From: Candidatus Binataceae bacterium
GTDB lineage: Bacteria > Desulfobacterota > Binatia > Binatales > Binataceae
DNA: 64,000 nucleotides
NCBI GenBank assembly: GCA_963803045.1
Contig: CAWDLC010000014.1
Span: 114,003 to 178,002 of the forward strand
Reading direction: 5' to 3'
The notes under the pieces: generated by a model
What the model was told of the DNA's origin: nothing
Databases searched by the model: none
Seen by the model: only the letters and a program-made list of their open reading frames with translations
Translations under genes and position numbers: made by a program
Part shown: piece by piece, positions 1-10,488 of the stretch
How the letters are laid out: the number at the start of each line of letters is the position of its first letter
Numbering within the stretch: the first letter of the stretch is position 1

Positions 1-279
1 CAACGATGCTCCTTAAATTCTCGTAAAGTTGCTCTAAGTATCTGATATTTAACGATAAAATAATCCATCAAGGGAGACGCCAAAACAGGATTTCACTATG
101 CTCAGACAACTTTCTGCAGAGATGCGGTGGCCGTAGTTTACCCTGAACGAAGTCGAAGGAGCCTGTTAGAACAGGTAAAGGAGGCAGATGAGCGCACGAT
201 ATTGGGTTGCGCAGGTGGGGCGCGACTGAAACAATGCATCGGTTGCCGCTCGTCCATAGAGGCGGCCATCCACCTGCCG

Positions 280-1329
280 ATGCGCCGCGCCGAGACATAC
301 TTCATCGTTATAGCGATTGCGTTTTACGTCTGGTTCCTGACGCATTACGGGCCCGGGCAGGTGATTGGCTACGTGCGGATGGCAGGATGGGGCCTGGCGC
401 TGACAATTTCGCTGGAGGCGCTGGCGCGAATCGCAAACACGCTCGGCTGGCGGGTCACGATCGAGCACTATCCACCGAAGCTCAGGTTCGCCGAGTTGTT
501 TGCGGCGCGAATTGGCGGCGAGGCGATCGACTATGTGACGCCGTCGGCGCAGCTCGGGGGGCAGTTCGTGATGGCGGTGGATGTGCGCGAGAAACTGCGC
601 ATGCCGGTGGGGCTGGCGACGGTAGCCGTCGCGTCGCTGGCCGAAGCGGTCGGGCAGATCGTGTTTATCTCGATCGCGCTGGTGATTTCGCTGCGGCTGA
701 TACCGGTAGCCGCCAACCTCTACTGGTCGATAGTGGGCGGGTTTGCGCTGGCGGCGGCGCTGGCGGGCAGCTTCTTTTTTGTGCAGATGAAGCGGCCGTT
801 CTCGTATCTGTGGCGCGCCGCAACCAGGTTGGATATCGCGCGAATCAACACCGACGAAATCCGCGGGTCCGCCGAGGAGGCCGACGCGGTACTGCTCGAC
901 CTTTACGCGCGCCATCGCAGCCGGCTGGTGGCGTCGTGCCTGTGCTATGCAGCCGCGTGGAGTTTCGGGCCGCTCGAAATTTATATCCTGCTGCGGCTGC
1001 TGCATCAGCCGGCGTCATTACAGATCGCGCTGCTGGTCGAAGCGGTCGGGCTGCTGATCGAACGCGCGACCTTTCTGATTCCAGCCAAGCTGGTAAGCCA
1101 GGAGGGCGGTAAGGCGCTGATTGTGGGGATGCTCGGTTATCCGCCGGGAATAGGCTTCGCAGTCGGGTTTCTCCGTCGAATCAAGGAAATGGTATGGGTG
1201 TTGCTCGGGCTGCTGAGCCTGATGATACATCGGATGGTCGTGCAGCAGCGCGGTGATATGACGGGCGCCGCCGCGGGGCGCGACTCTGTGATGAAAATGC
1301 AACGAGCACAAGGAGAGCAATCGCTATGA
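280..1329 (+). CDS. polytopic membrane protein, flippase-like / lysyl-PG-synthase TM-region family (UPF0104-like)
   Basis: ORF 127..1329; hydrophobic multi-TM sequence. The first ATG before TM1 (MRRAETYFIVIAIAF) is at 280. ATGA overlap with the next gene. Confidence 0.55.
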   Translation: MRRAETYFIVIAIAFYVWFLTHYGPGQVIGYVRMAGWGLALTISLEALARIANTLGWRVTIEHYPPKLRFAELFAARIGGEAIDYVTPSAQLGGQFVMAVDVREKLRMPVGLATVAVASLAEAVGQIVFISIALVISLRLIPVAANLYWSIVGGFALAAALAGSFFFVQMKRPFSYLWRAATRLDIARINTDEIRGSAEEADAVLLDLYARHRSRLVASCLCYAAAWSFGPLEIYILLRLLHQPASLQIALLVEAVGLLIERATFLIPAKLVSQEGGKALIVGMLGYPPGIGFAVGFLRRIKEMVWVLLGLLSLMIHRMVVQQRGDMTGAAAGRDSVMKMQRAQGEQSL

Positions 1330-2219
1330 GAAAATTAACCGCCCTGGTTGCGGGGATGACGCTCGCAATGACCACGCTTCCGGCGGCCGCCGGGGTCGTC
1401 ATCACGCAGAAGCAGCACGTGACCAGTGGGAGCAACTCCCGCGACGCCGAACAAACCATTTCGGTGCAGGGCAACAAGCAGAAGATGGTGAGCGACCGTC
1501 ACACGATCATCACCGACCTCGACAAGGGGATGATGTACGTGATCGATCCGCAGGCGAAGAACTACTTCGAGATCGAGTTTCCGCCCAAGGGGCATATGGC
1601 GGAGATGATGGCGGCGAGCACGAATGCGGCGATGAACTTCAAGAAGGTCGGCACCACGCGCGAGATCGCGGGCTACAAGTGCACTGACTACAACGGCGGC
1701 GGGCACATGATGCAGGGCGATTATACGGTCAAGGAATGCTTCTCGACCGACGCGCCCGGTGCCGGGGAGTTTGCGGCGTTCGAGAAACAAATGGCGGACA
1801 AGCTCAAGAGCGCACTCACCAGTCAGGCCAGCGGTGGCGAGATTCCAGGCGGAGTGCCACTCGCGCTGGACTCGACGATGAAGATGGGGAACATCTCGAT
1901 TCCGGGGATGGCGCCGGAGCAGGCGGCCAAAATTAATGAGATGATGGCGAAACGCCCGCCGGTCGTGACCAGCACGATGGTCGAGAAGATCGAATCAAAG
2001 ACACTCGCAGACAGCGATTTTGCGATTCCCGCAGGCCTCACCAAGAGAGAACTGCCGACCGCACCGGCGGGCGCGGGCGGGATGAAGATGCCGCCAGGCC
2101 ATCCGGGCGCCCCGGGTGCAGGTGCTCCGGGTGTGGGCGCCCCAGGTGCGGGCGCCCCAGGTGCGGGCGCTCCGGGTGCAGGTGCTCCGGGTGCGGGCGC
2201 GTCGCCGACGGCGCAGTGA
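1326..2219 (+). CDS. secreted protein, DUF4412-like, with C-terminal (GAPGA)n tail
   Basis: Signal peptide MRKLTALVAGMTLAMTTLPAAAG. Body resembles DUF4412 proteins as I remember them. Tail is PGAPGAGAPGVGAPGAGAPGAG... Confidence 0.5.
   Translation: MRKLTALVAGMTLAMTTLPAAAGVVITQKQHVTSGSNSRDAEQTISVQGNKQKMVSDRHTIITDLDKGMMYVIDPQAKNYFEIEFPPKGHMAEMMAASTNAAMNFKKVGTTREIAGYKCTDYNGGGHMMQGDYTVKECFSTDAPGAGEFAAFEKQMADKLKSALTSQASGGEIPGGVPLALDSTMKMGNISIPGMAPEQAAKINEMMAKRPPVVTSTMVEKIESKTLADSDFAIPAGLTKRELPTAPAGAGGMKMPPGHPGAPGAGAPGVGAPGAGAPGAGAPGAGAPGAGASPTAQ
2106..2198 (+). repeat. tandem 15-bp coding repeat (about 6 units) encoding GAPGA
   Basis: ggcgccccgggtgca/ggtgctccgggtgtg/ggcgccccaggtgcg... read directly. 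Coordinates derived from codons 261-291 of the ORF. Confidence 0.8.
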
Positions 2220-2278
2220 GTCGCCCAAGCGAACGCGCGCGCGCATTCATTCGACCGTCGCGAGTGAGTTAAACACCA

Positions 2279-2309
2279 GAAAAAGAGCGGGGTCCGTCGG
2301 GCCCCGCTC
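2279..2309 (-). terminator. rho-independent terminator between convergent genes
   Basis: 11-bp stem GAGCGGGGTCC/GGGCCCCGCTC (one G-U pair, 3-nt loop) at 2285..2309, followed on the minus strand by TTTTT. Confidence 0.55.
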
Positions 2310-2333
2310 GTCGTTTCAATGTAACGCGGGAAA

Positions 2334-2990
2334 CTACTTCGTTGTTGACGCGGATGCCTGCTGCTTGGGCGCGTTGAGCGCCGCGCACGAATCCCAGATC
2401 CATTTCGCCGTCGAGAGTTCGTCTTCGGCAAATAGCCGCAATGCTTGCTTGGTCGAGAGATCTTCCTTCAACAGTTCGGCGAACTCGCAGATGGCTTTGA
2501 TGGCATTCTCGGGCTTGCCGACGCGCTCGGTGAAGCGGAGCAGTTTTTCGTTGTCGGGAATCGACGGGTTGCCCAAATAGGCGGTCAACTTGCGCCCGTC
2601 TTCGGTAGCCATTGCTCGCGTCTCACCGCCGAGTTCCACCAGGCGCTGCGCGAAAATCCGCGAATGATAGGCTTCGCGCTCGGCCACCATGCGAATGCCG
2701 GTGCGGATGCAATCGGTCGTGCAAACCTCCGCCCACGCCGCGAATGCTTCGCCGCCATCGGCCTCGCCCGCGCGAACCTTGTCGAGAAAACTGACGACCG
2801 CCGCGCGTTCGGATTTGTAAGTGTGGCCGAACGCCTTGAAACCGGCGCTGCCATTGCCGTTGGTCGTCGGCGTGCCGGCTTCGAGCGATGCCATCTCGGC
2901 CTCGAACGCCGACTGGGAAATAATTCCGCTGCGGTAGGCTCTCAGCAGTTGTTTGAATTCAAAATCGCGGTTCATCCGGCGTTCCTCCAC
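2334..2990 (-). CDS. hypothetical protein, possibly a ferritin-like helical bundle
   Basis: 218-aa ORF 148 nt downstream of the Fe-S oxidoreductase on the same strand. Only a single ExxH (EREAYH) is seen, so the family is not recognised with confidence. Confidence 0.4.
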   Translation of the reverse strand: MEERRMNRDFEFKQLLRAYRSGIISQSAFEAEMASLEAGTPTTNGNGSAGFKAFGHTYKSERAAVVSFLDKVRAGEADGGEAFAAWAEVCTTDCIRTGIRMVAEREAYHSRIFAQRLVELGGETRAMATEDGRKLTAYLGNPSIPDNEKLLRFTERVGKPENAIKAICEFAELLKEDLSTKQALRLFAEDELSTAKWIWDSCAALNAPKQQASASTTK

Positions 2991-3137
2991 CCTGGTTAAA
3001 ACCCGCGCTTGGCAAGTGAGCGCCCCGTTGTCGATACGGAAAACATTAAGGTGCGGTCCGCGGAATTGTCAATGCGGTTTCTTGCCGCCCCCGCGCGCTG
3101 GCTTTCCAATGCCGCAGGCATCATATCACGGTGCTAT

Positions 3138-5243
3138 TCACTTCGTGTCCGGGCCGGTGGATTCGGCGACCAGTTCCGCCAGATCGCGCACGCGCATGGT
3201 ATCTTCGAGCGAGCGCGACTTCAGGGCGTCTTCGAGCATCGTCATGCAGAACGGGCATCCTACCGCGATGCACTCGGGCTTGGCCTCGGTCAATTGATCG
3301 AAGCGCTTCTGATTGATCCGTGTGCCCTCGTGTTCCTCCTTCCAGAAGCATCCACCGCCCGAGCCGCAGCAGAAGGTGCGGTTCTTCGACTGTTCGACCT
3401 CGGCCACCTCGGCGCCTGGGAGCGCGCCGAGCGCGCTTCGTGCGCTGTCCCATTTGCGATTGTGGCGCGCCATGTAACATGGGTCGTGATAGGTGATGCG
3501 TTCGTTGATCTCGGCGCGAGGCTTCAAACGTCCGGCCTGGATTAGTTCGTCGATAAACTCGGCCTCATGCACGACGGTATAGTTACCGCCGAAGTCTGGA
3601 TACTCATTCTTCAGATTGTGAAAGCAATGCGGGCATTGAGTGACTATTCGCCGCGGTTTGTAGCGATTGAGCGTCTCGACGTTCTGCGCGGCGACCGTCG
3701 CGTACAGGTATTCGTTGCCCAGGCGCCGGGCGGGGTCGCCGGTGCAGGTCTCCTCGCGCCCGAGGATCGCAAACTTGACGCCGGCTTGTTTCATCAAGCC
3801 CGCGAACGACTTGCTTACGCGCTGGATGCGTTCGTCGTAGGAGCCAGCGCATCCCACCCAATACAGCACGTCGATCTCTGACGGATCGTCGAGCTCGGCG
3901 ATCTCGGGAATTTCAAGTCCCTGTGCCCATTCGGCGCGCTTTTCCTGAGCAAGGCCCCACGGATTTCCCTGGTTCTCGATTCCCTTGAAGGCTGCCGTCA
4001 GTTCGGTTGGGAACCTCGACTCCATCAGGACGTCGTAGCGCCTCATATCCACGATTCTTTGTATGTGCTCGATGCCGACGGGGCATCCCTCTTCGCACCA
4101 CCCGCACGACGTGCATCCCCACACCGCTTCCTCGGTCGCGACCTGCGTGATCATGTCAGGGCCGTCCCATGCGGGCGCTTCGGCGCCGTCGCCCTTCTTG
4201 CCATTTGCCTTGGCCGCGAGCAGAAAGGACGCCTTGTCGAGCAGATGCTCGCGTTGTTCGATCACAAGATACTTGGGATTCAGCGTTTTGCCGGTGTTAA
4301 CGGTGGGGCAGTTGATCGTGCAGCGGCCGCACTCGAGGCACGATGCCATGTCGAGCAGTTGCTTCCACGTGTACTGCTCGACCTGCGAAACGCCGAACGT
4401 CTCGGCGTTTTCGAAATCCTTGATCGGCGCGAGCCGTCCGCGCGGACCGATGTTGCGGAAGAACAGATTCAGCGGGCCGAAGATCAAATGACGCAGCTTG
4501 GTGAACGGAAAACAGAACAGCAGCACGAACACGAACAGCACGTGCACCAGCCACAGCCATCGATGGTAAGTCGCACCGGCGCCGAGCGCGCCTTCGATAC
4601 CGCCCACGACCCGTCCAACGTATGCCCATTCGGTGAACGCGGGATGCGCGGCGTTGATCCGCGCGCCCTCGAGCATCAGGCCCGTGACCGCGGCCAGCAC
4701 CATCATCGACATCGGGAACCAGTAGCCGAGCCGGTTCTCGAGATTGTCCCGGACCTTCTCCGCCGGCGGCTCATTGAGCACGGTGGGTTTGCGGATCGCG
4801 CGCCGCGCACCTTCCATCAGCACGCCGAGGATCAGCAGAAGGAAGAAGGTGTCCATCGCGGCTTTGAGGTAGAGATAGAAATCGCCGTAGTAGAAGTAGA
4901 AGTCGAGGCCGAACCAATCGAATAGATCGCGCACGTCGCTGTTGATCGCGACGATGGTCGTGCCGATGAACAGTCCGGCGAACGCGACGTAAAACGCGTA
5001 ATGCATCCATCCCCACGTCTCGCGAATCACGTTGCCCTGGCCGCACGAATCGCGGATTGCCAGGAGCAGACGCTCCAGTGGATGATCGAGACGATTTTCG
5101 GACACGCCGAGACTTACCAGCCGGTACCACCTGACACCGGCGTAAATGAACCCGGCGATCAGCAGTCCGAGCAGACCGTACATCAGCACGATGAACGGAA
5201 CGGGAACGTTCCACAGAATCTGGCGGGTAACTTGCTCGTTCAT
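3138..5243 (-). CDS. membrane-anchored Fe-S oxidoreductase (HdrD/GlpC-like: N-terminal multi-TM domain, 2x[4Fe-4S], 2x CCG cysteine-rich domains)
   Basis: About 6 N-terminal TM helices. CLECGRCTINCP and CTSCGWCEEGCP ferredoxin motifs. CCG-type motifs VGCAGSY, ETCTGDP, QCPHC, DPCY, FCCGSGGG, VGCPFC. Confidence 0.8.
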   Translation of the reverse strand: MNEQVTRQILWNVPVPFIVLMYGLLGLLIAGFIYAGVRWYRLVSLGVSENRLDHPLERLLLAIRDSCGQGNVIRETWGWMHYAFYVAFAGLFIGTTIVAINSDVRDLFDWFGLDFYFYYGDFYLYLKAAMDTFFLLLILGVLMEGARRAIRKPTVLNEPPAEKVRDNLENRLGYWFPMSMMVLAAVTGLMLEGARINAAHPAFTEWAYVGRVVGGIEGALGAGATYHRWLWLVHVLFVFVLLFCFPFTKLRHLIFGPLNLFFRNIGPRGRLAPIKDFENAETFGVSQVEQYTWKQLLDMASCLECGRCTINCPTVNTGKTLNPKYLVIEQREHLLDKASFLLAAKANGKKGDGAEAPAWDGPDMITQVATEEAVWGCTSCGWCEEGCPVGIEHIQRIVDMRRYDVLMESRFPTELTAAFKGIENQGNPWGLAQEKRAEWAQGLEIPEIAELDDPSEIDVLYWVGCAGSYDERIQRVSKSFAGLMKQAGVKFAILGREETCTGDPARRLGNEYLYATVAAQNVETLNRYKPRRIVTQCPHCFHNLKNEYPDFGGNYTVVHEAEFIDELIQAGRLKPRAEINERITYHDPCYMARHNRKWDSARSALGALPGAEVAEVEQSKNRTFCCGSGGGCFWKEEHEGTRINQKRFDQLTEAKPECIAVGCPFCMTMLEDALKSRSLEDTMRVRDLAELVAESTGPDTK

Positions 5244-5701
5244 TTGCGCTCCATCAGGACCACGCGGCCGGCGTCGAAGAACGAAGAACGAAAAACGAAA
5301 AACGGGGGCGAAGGCGCCTGTAACAGACTCTTAAATCAGATCACCGCGGAGGAATTCAATCGGTCGCGACCGCGCGGTACTGGTTCACTTTGCCAAGCTG
5401 GCAGACTGGCGCGATTCTGATTGATCAGAAACATGCGAAAAGAGCAATTTCATACCATGCGTTGTAGTTTGGGGCGGCTCCGTACCATCGGTAGCTTCGT
5501 TCCGTCAAAATTAATTTTCGCCGCAAGCGGTGGCCGCCCGATGGCAGGCGAGGCGTGCGAGCATGCGGCATCCTGGCGGTTGACCATAGCGTACGCGTAG
5601 CACGCCAAATCGGCCGGGGGCAGGCTGAACTGTTCAGCCCTGAAACATCAGCACGATGAATGGAACCGGAACGGGAGGGGTCATCCCTGCTTTCGTAGCA
5701 C

Positions 5702-5736
5702 AAAAAAAGGGCCCGGATGCGATTGCATCCGAGCCC
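5702..5736 (-). terminator. rho-independent terminator downstream of rpoD
   Basis: Minus strand reads GGGCTCGGATGC-AATC-GCATCCGGGCCC followed by TTTTTTT (12-bp stem with one mismatch). Confidence 0.7.
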
Positions 5737-7530
<1,794 letters not shown>

Positions 7531-7967
7531 TCGTTTTGCTTCCGTTTTGCGCGGGCGTTGGCCGCCGATGCGATGCGTGAAAATCGGCGCGCAATGCGGC
7601 CGTCATTGCGACCGCGAGCCGGGAATCAGGTAGCCTCATTTATACAGACGAGAATACAAAGGCAAGTGAGCCACACCAAAGAATCAAGTCTAAAGATCGC
7701 TGCGACGAGAGTCAATTTACGCATCGCCGTCGCCCGCGCGATCATTAGGCGAATTAGCCTCCACAGTCCCGGCCTTATCGCGAATTCGCGCTCGTCGCTG
7801 GGCGCTATCAATATTATACGCATCGTTTGCCCGTTTGGCTGCATCGCGGCCGATCTTTTCCTGCGGGGCATCGGTTGCATATTGCCGGGGCCGCGGCCGG
7901 GAGAGGCGCGAAGACGCGTTGTCTGACGCGAGCTTGCGGGTGCACAATCGAGAGACGCGGGGTCGCG

Positions 7968-10304
7968 ATGACTACTTACCAGGAGATTTCGGCGCAGTTT
8001 TACAGCAACCGCCTGCTGTTCGGCGATCCCGCCGATCCGGGCGTGGTCGCGGTCGAGATCGCATCGAAAACCGAGGTCGACGTTTACCGGCGCCTGTCGG
8101 GCAAGCTTGCGCGCGAGCGCCGTCCGATTCGGCTCTTTGCGCTCGTCCAGGATTTGGCCCTGCTCGAAGGTTTCAGGCCCGTACATGAGACGCGCGCGCT
8201 TGAGGGCGATTTCCGTTACCGGCTGCTCGTCACCTTCGATTCGCTCGACGCTCTGGAAGCCGCCAGGCGCCATCTCAGGAATAGGACAGGCAAGGCGCCC
8301 AACGCGCCCGACGCACCGTATCTGGTGCTGGCTGATCCGGTCGAGCAGCATCTGATGCTGACCGGGACCACGTTTTTCATCGGGATGGATTTCAGCGAGC
8401 TGCGCCGCCTCCAGCTCGATATCGAGACCTATATCTCGCCGGGGTTTGAATTTCCGTCGGCGGCACGCGAGGGCGATCGCATTATCGCGATCTCGCTCAC
8501 CGACTCGACCGGTTTCGAGCGCCTGCTCAGGGGCACCGAGATGGACGAGCGCGCGATGCTGGAGGAGGTGGTGCGAATTGTCCAGGATCGCGACCCCGAC
8601 GTCGTCGAGGGCCACAATCTGTTTCGGTTCGATCTCGAATACCTGGAGACGCGGGCGCGCCGCCACAAGCTGAAGCTCAAGCTGGGGCGCGATGGCGGCG
8701 AGCTTCGTGCCCGCCCGTCGCGGATGCAAATTGCCGAACGATCGATCGCCTACCGCCGCTACGACATCCTGGGCCGCAGCATCATAGATACGTGGATCCT
8801 CGCGCAGCACTACGATATCTCGAGTCGTGAACTGGAGAGCCTGGGACTGAAGCAGCTTGCGCAACATTTCGGGCTGGCGCGCAAGGGTCGCGTGTATATC
8901 GACGCGTCGAAAATCAGCCACTACTTCGAACACGAACCGGAAAAGCTCTACGAGTACGCGCTCGATGATGCGCGCGAGACGCGCGCGCTGGCCGAGACGC
9001 TGTCTCCCAGTTACTTCGTGCAAGCGCAGATATTCCCGTACTCGTACCAGAGCACGGTGCTGCGCGGGAATGCGACCAAGATCGACGCGCTCATGATGCG
9101 CGCGTATCTGGCGGCCGGGCATTCCATTGCCGAGCCGTCGCAGCCGACGCCGGTCGCGGGCGGTTACACGGAGGTTCGCCGATGCGGCGTCGCCCACGGC
9201 GTCCTGCACTGTGACGTGACGTCGCTGTATCCGTCGTTGATGCTGCAATATCGGCATGCGCCGGCGGCGGACAGGCTGGGCGTGTTCCTCAAGATGCTTG
9301 GCGACCTGCGCAGCTTCCGGGTGCAGGCCAAGGCGCTCGCGCGCGAACTCAAGGGGGCCGAGCGGCGCAACGCCGACGCGCTCCAGCAGACGTTCAAGAT
9401 TCTGATCAATTCATTTTACGGCTACCTGGGGTTTTCGCTCGGCCATTTCAATGACTTCGGCGCGGCCAACGCTGTAACCGGGCGCGGACGCGATCTGATT
9501 CAGCGCGCAGTGGCGGAACTCGAACATCACGGCGCGCAGGTTATCGAGGTCGATACCGACGGAATCTATTTCACCCCGCCCCCCGAGGCCGCCAGCCGGG
9601 AAGGCGCGGACAGGCTTCTGGAGCAGGTCGGGTCGATTATGCCCGAGGGAATCCGGCTGGAAATCGACGGCCGTTACCGCGCCATGTTCTCCTACAAAAT
9701 GAAAAATTACGTCCTGCTGGACGAGGCGGGAAAGATGACCGTTCGCGGTTCGGGGCTGCGCTCGCGGGGGCTCGAACGCTTCCAGCGCCGCTTCATGGAG
9801 GAGATGTTCCGCATGCTGCTGGAGGATCGGCGCGGCGAAATCGAGAAACTCCACGGCGACTATCGCGAGCGGCTGGCCCGCCACGAAATAGGAATCGCCG
9901 ATCTGATGAAGACCGAGACGATACAGGATTCGCTCGACACTTATCGCAAAAAGATCAGCGACGGCAGCCGCAATCCGGCGGCGGCCTACGAGCTCGCGCT
10001 CAAGGCCGAGCGGCAGTACCTGGCCGGCGATCAAATTTCATACTACGTCACCGGGCGCAGCGCGCGTGCGGCGGTGAACGAATCCGCGAAGATGGCGGCG
10101 GAGTACGATCCGGACAATCCGGACGAAAACGTCGAGTACTACCAGGCCAAGCTTGCCGACCTTTTTGAAAAATTCCGGGTGTTCGCCGAGCGCCCCGGTC
10201 TGTTCGCGCCGGATGCGGGAGAGGAGGGCAAGCCCGCTCAGCTTTCGATGTTCGCTGAGCCGCAAACCAGCTCCGAAGAACAGAGCGTGGACCCCGAAAA
10301 GTAG
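7968..10304 (+). CDS. polB: family B DNA polymerase (Pol II-like)
   Basis: ExoI LQLDIETY, ExoII HNLFRFDLEYL, ExoIII YALDDARE, motif A DVTSLYPS, motif B KILINSFYGYLG, motif C EVDTDGIYF, KMKNY. First ATG (MTTYQEIS) is codon 48 of ORF 7827..10304. Confidence 0.9.
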   Translation: MTTYQEISAQFYSNRLLFGDPADPGVVAVEIASKTEVDVYRRLSGKLARERRPIRLFALVQDLALLEGFRPVHETRALEGDFRYRLLVTFDSLDALEAARRHLRNRTGKAPNAPDAPYLVLADPVEQHLMLTGTTFFIGMDFSELRRLQLDIETYISPGFEFPSAAREGDRIIAISLTDSTGFERLLRGTEMDERAMLEEVVRIVQDRDPDVVEGHNLFRFDLEYLETRARRHKLKLKLGRDGGELRARPSRMQIAERSIAYRRYDILGRSIIDTWILAQHYDISSRELESLGLKQLAQHFGLARKGRVYIDASKISHYFEHEPEKLYEYALDDARETRALAETLSPSYFVQAQIFPYSYQSTVLRGNATKIDALMMRAYLAAGHSIAEPSQPTPVAGGYTEVRRCGVAHGVLHCDVTSLYPSLMLQYRHAPAADRLGVFLKMLGDLRSFRVQAKALARELKGAERRNADALQQTFKILINSFYGYLGFSLGHFNDFGAANAVTGRGRDLIQRAVAELEHHGAQVIEVDTDGIYFTPPPEAASREGADRLLEQVGSIMPEGIRLEIDGRYRAMFSYKMKNYVLLDEAGKMTVRGSGLRSRGLERFQRRFMEEMFRMLLEDRRGEIEKLHGDYRERLARHEIGIADLMKTETIQDSLDTYRKKISDGSRNPAAAYELALKAERQYLAGDQISYYVTGRSARAAVNESAKMAAEYDPDNPDENVEYYQAKLADLFEKFRVFAERPGLFAPDAGEEGKPAQLSMFAEPQTSSEEQSVDPEK
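10197..10304 (+). repeat. left copy of a diverged direct repeat (functional polB 3' end)
   Basis: The last 36 codons of polB (GLFAPDAGEEGKPAQLSMFAEPQTSSEEQSVDPEK*) recur at 13006..13113. Confidence 0.8.
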
Positions 10305-10488
10305 GGGGGAGCATCTACTTAACGCAATTTAGGTTTTGTCGGGAATACCGTTTGAAATTAAACCGGATTTCCTCGTTCTAAGTGAACTGCCAATTTGATA
10401 AAGTGGGAGAAAGCGCCGCGGATTCCTTGATGCCTCCAACGACTTGCGCATCTGGCGGCAAACGTGGGGCTCTTGAAAGGAGCGTTCG

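Noticed and set aside
88-99. GGATTTCACTAT shared by the AT-rich regions at about 88 and about 30940, each upstream of a plus-strand ORF.
   Set aside because: A single exact 12-mer pair, with only a few extra flanking matches, is expected by chance in 64 kb. It is not enough to call a regulatory motif.
2090-2200. Regularly spaced short repeats that could be mistaken for a CRISPR array. The same question arises for the GCxGCx periodicity at 62000..62280.
   Set aside because: The units are 15 bp with no unique spacers, and they lie inside ORFs encoding GAPGA or Ala/Pro low-complexity peptides. No cas genes are present.
5425-5703. 92-aa minus-strand ORF in the rpoD / Fe-S oxidoreductase spacer.
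   Set aside because: It overlaps the rpoD terminator, has no SD or recognisable motifs, and has a composition typical of non-coding sequence.
7626-9257. Long ORFs antisense to or overlapping clear genes. Examples: 7626..9257 (-), 16954..18507 (-), 38241..39419 (-), 39860..41161 (-), 44564..45883 (-), 46568..48040 (-), 5656..6765 (+), 29499..30827 (+).
   Set aside because: Each lies opposite a gene with unmistakable family motifs. Their translations are Arg/Ala/Gly/Pro-rich with no motifs, which is the usual open-frame artefact of GC-rich DNA.
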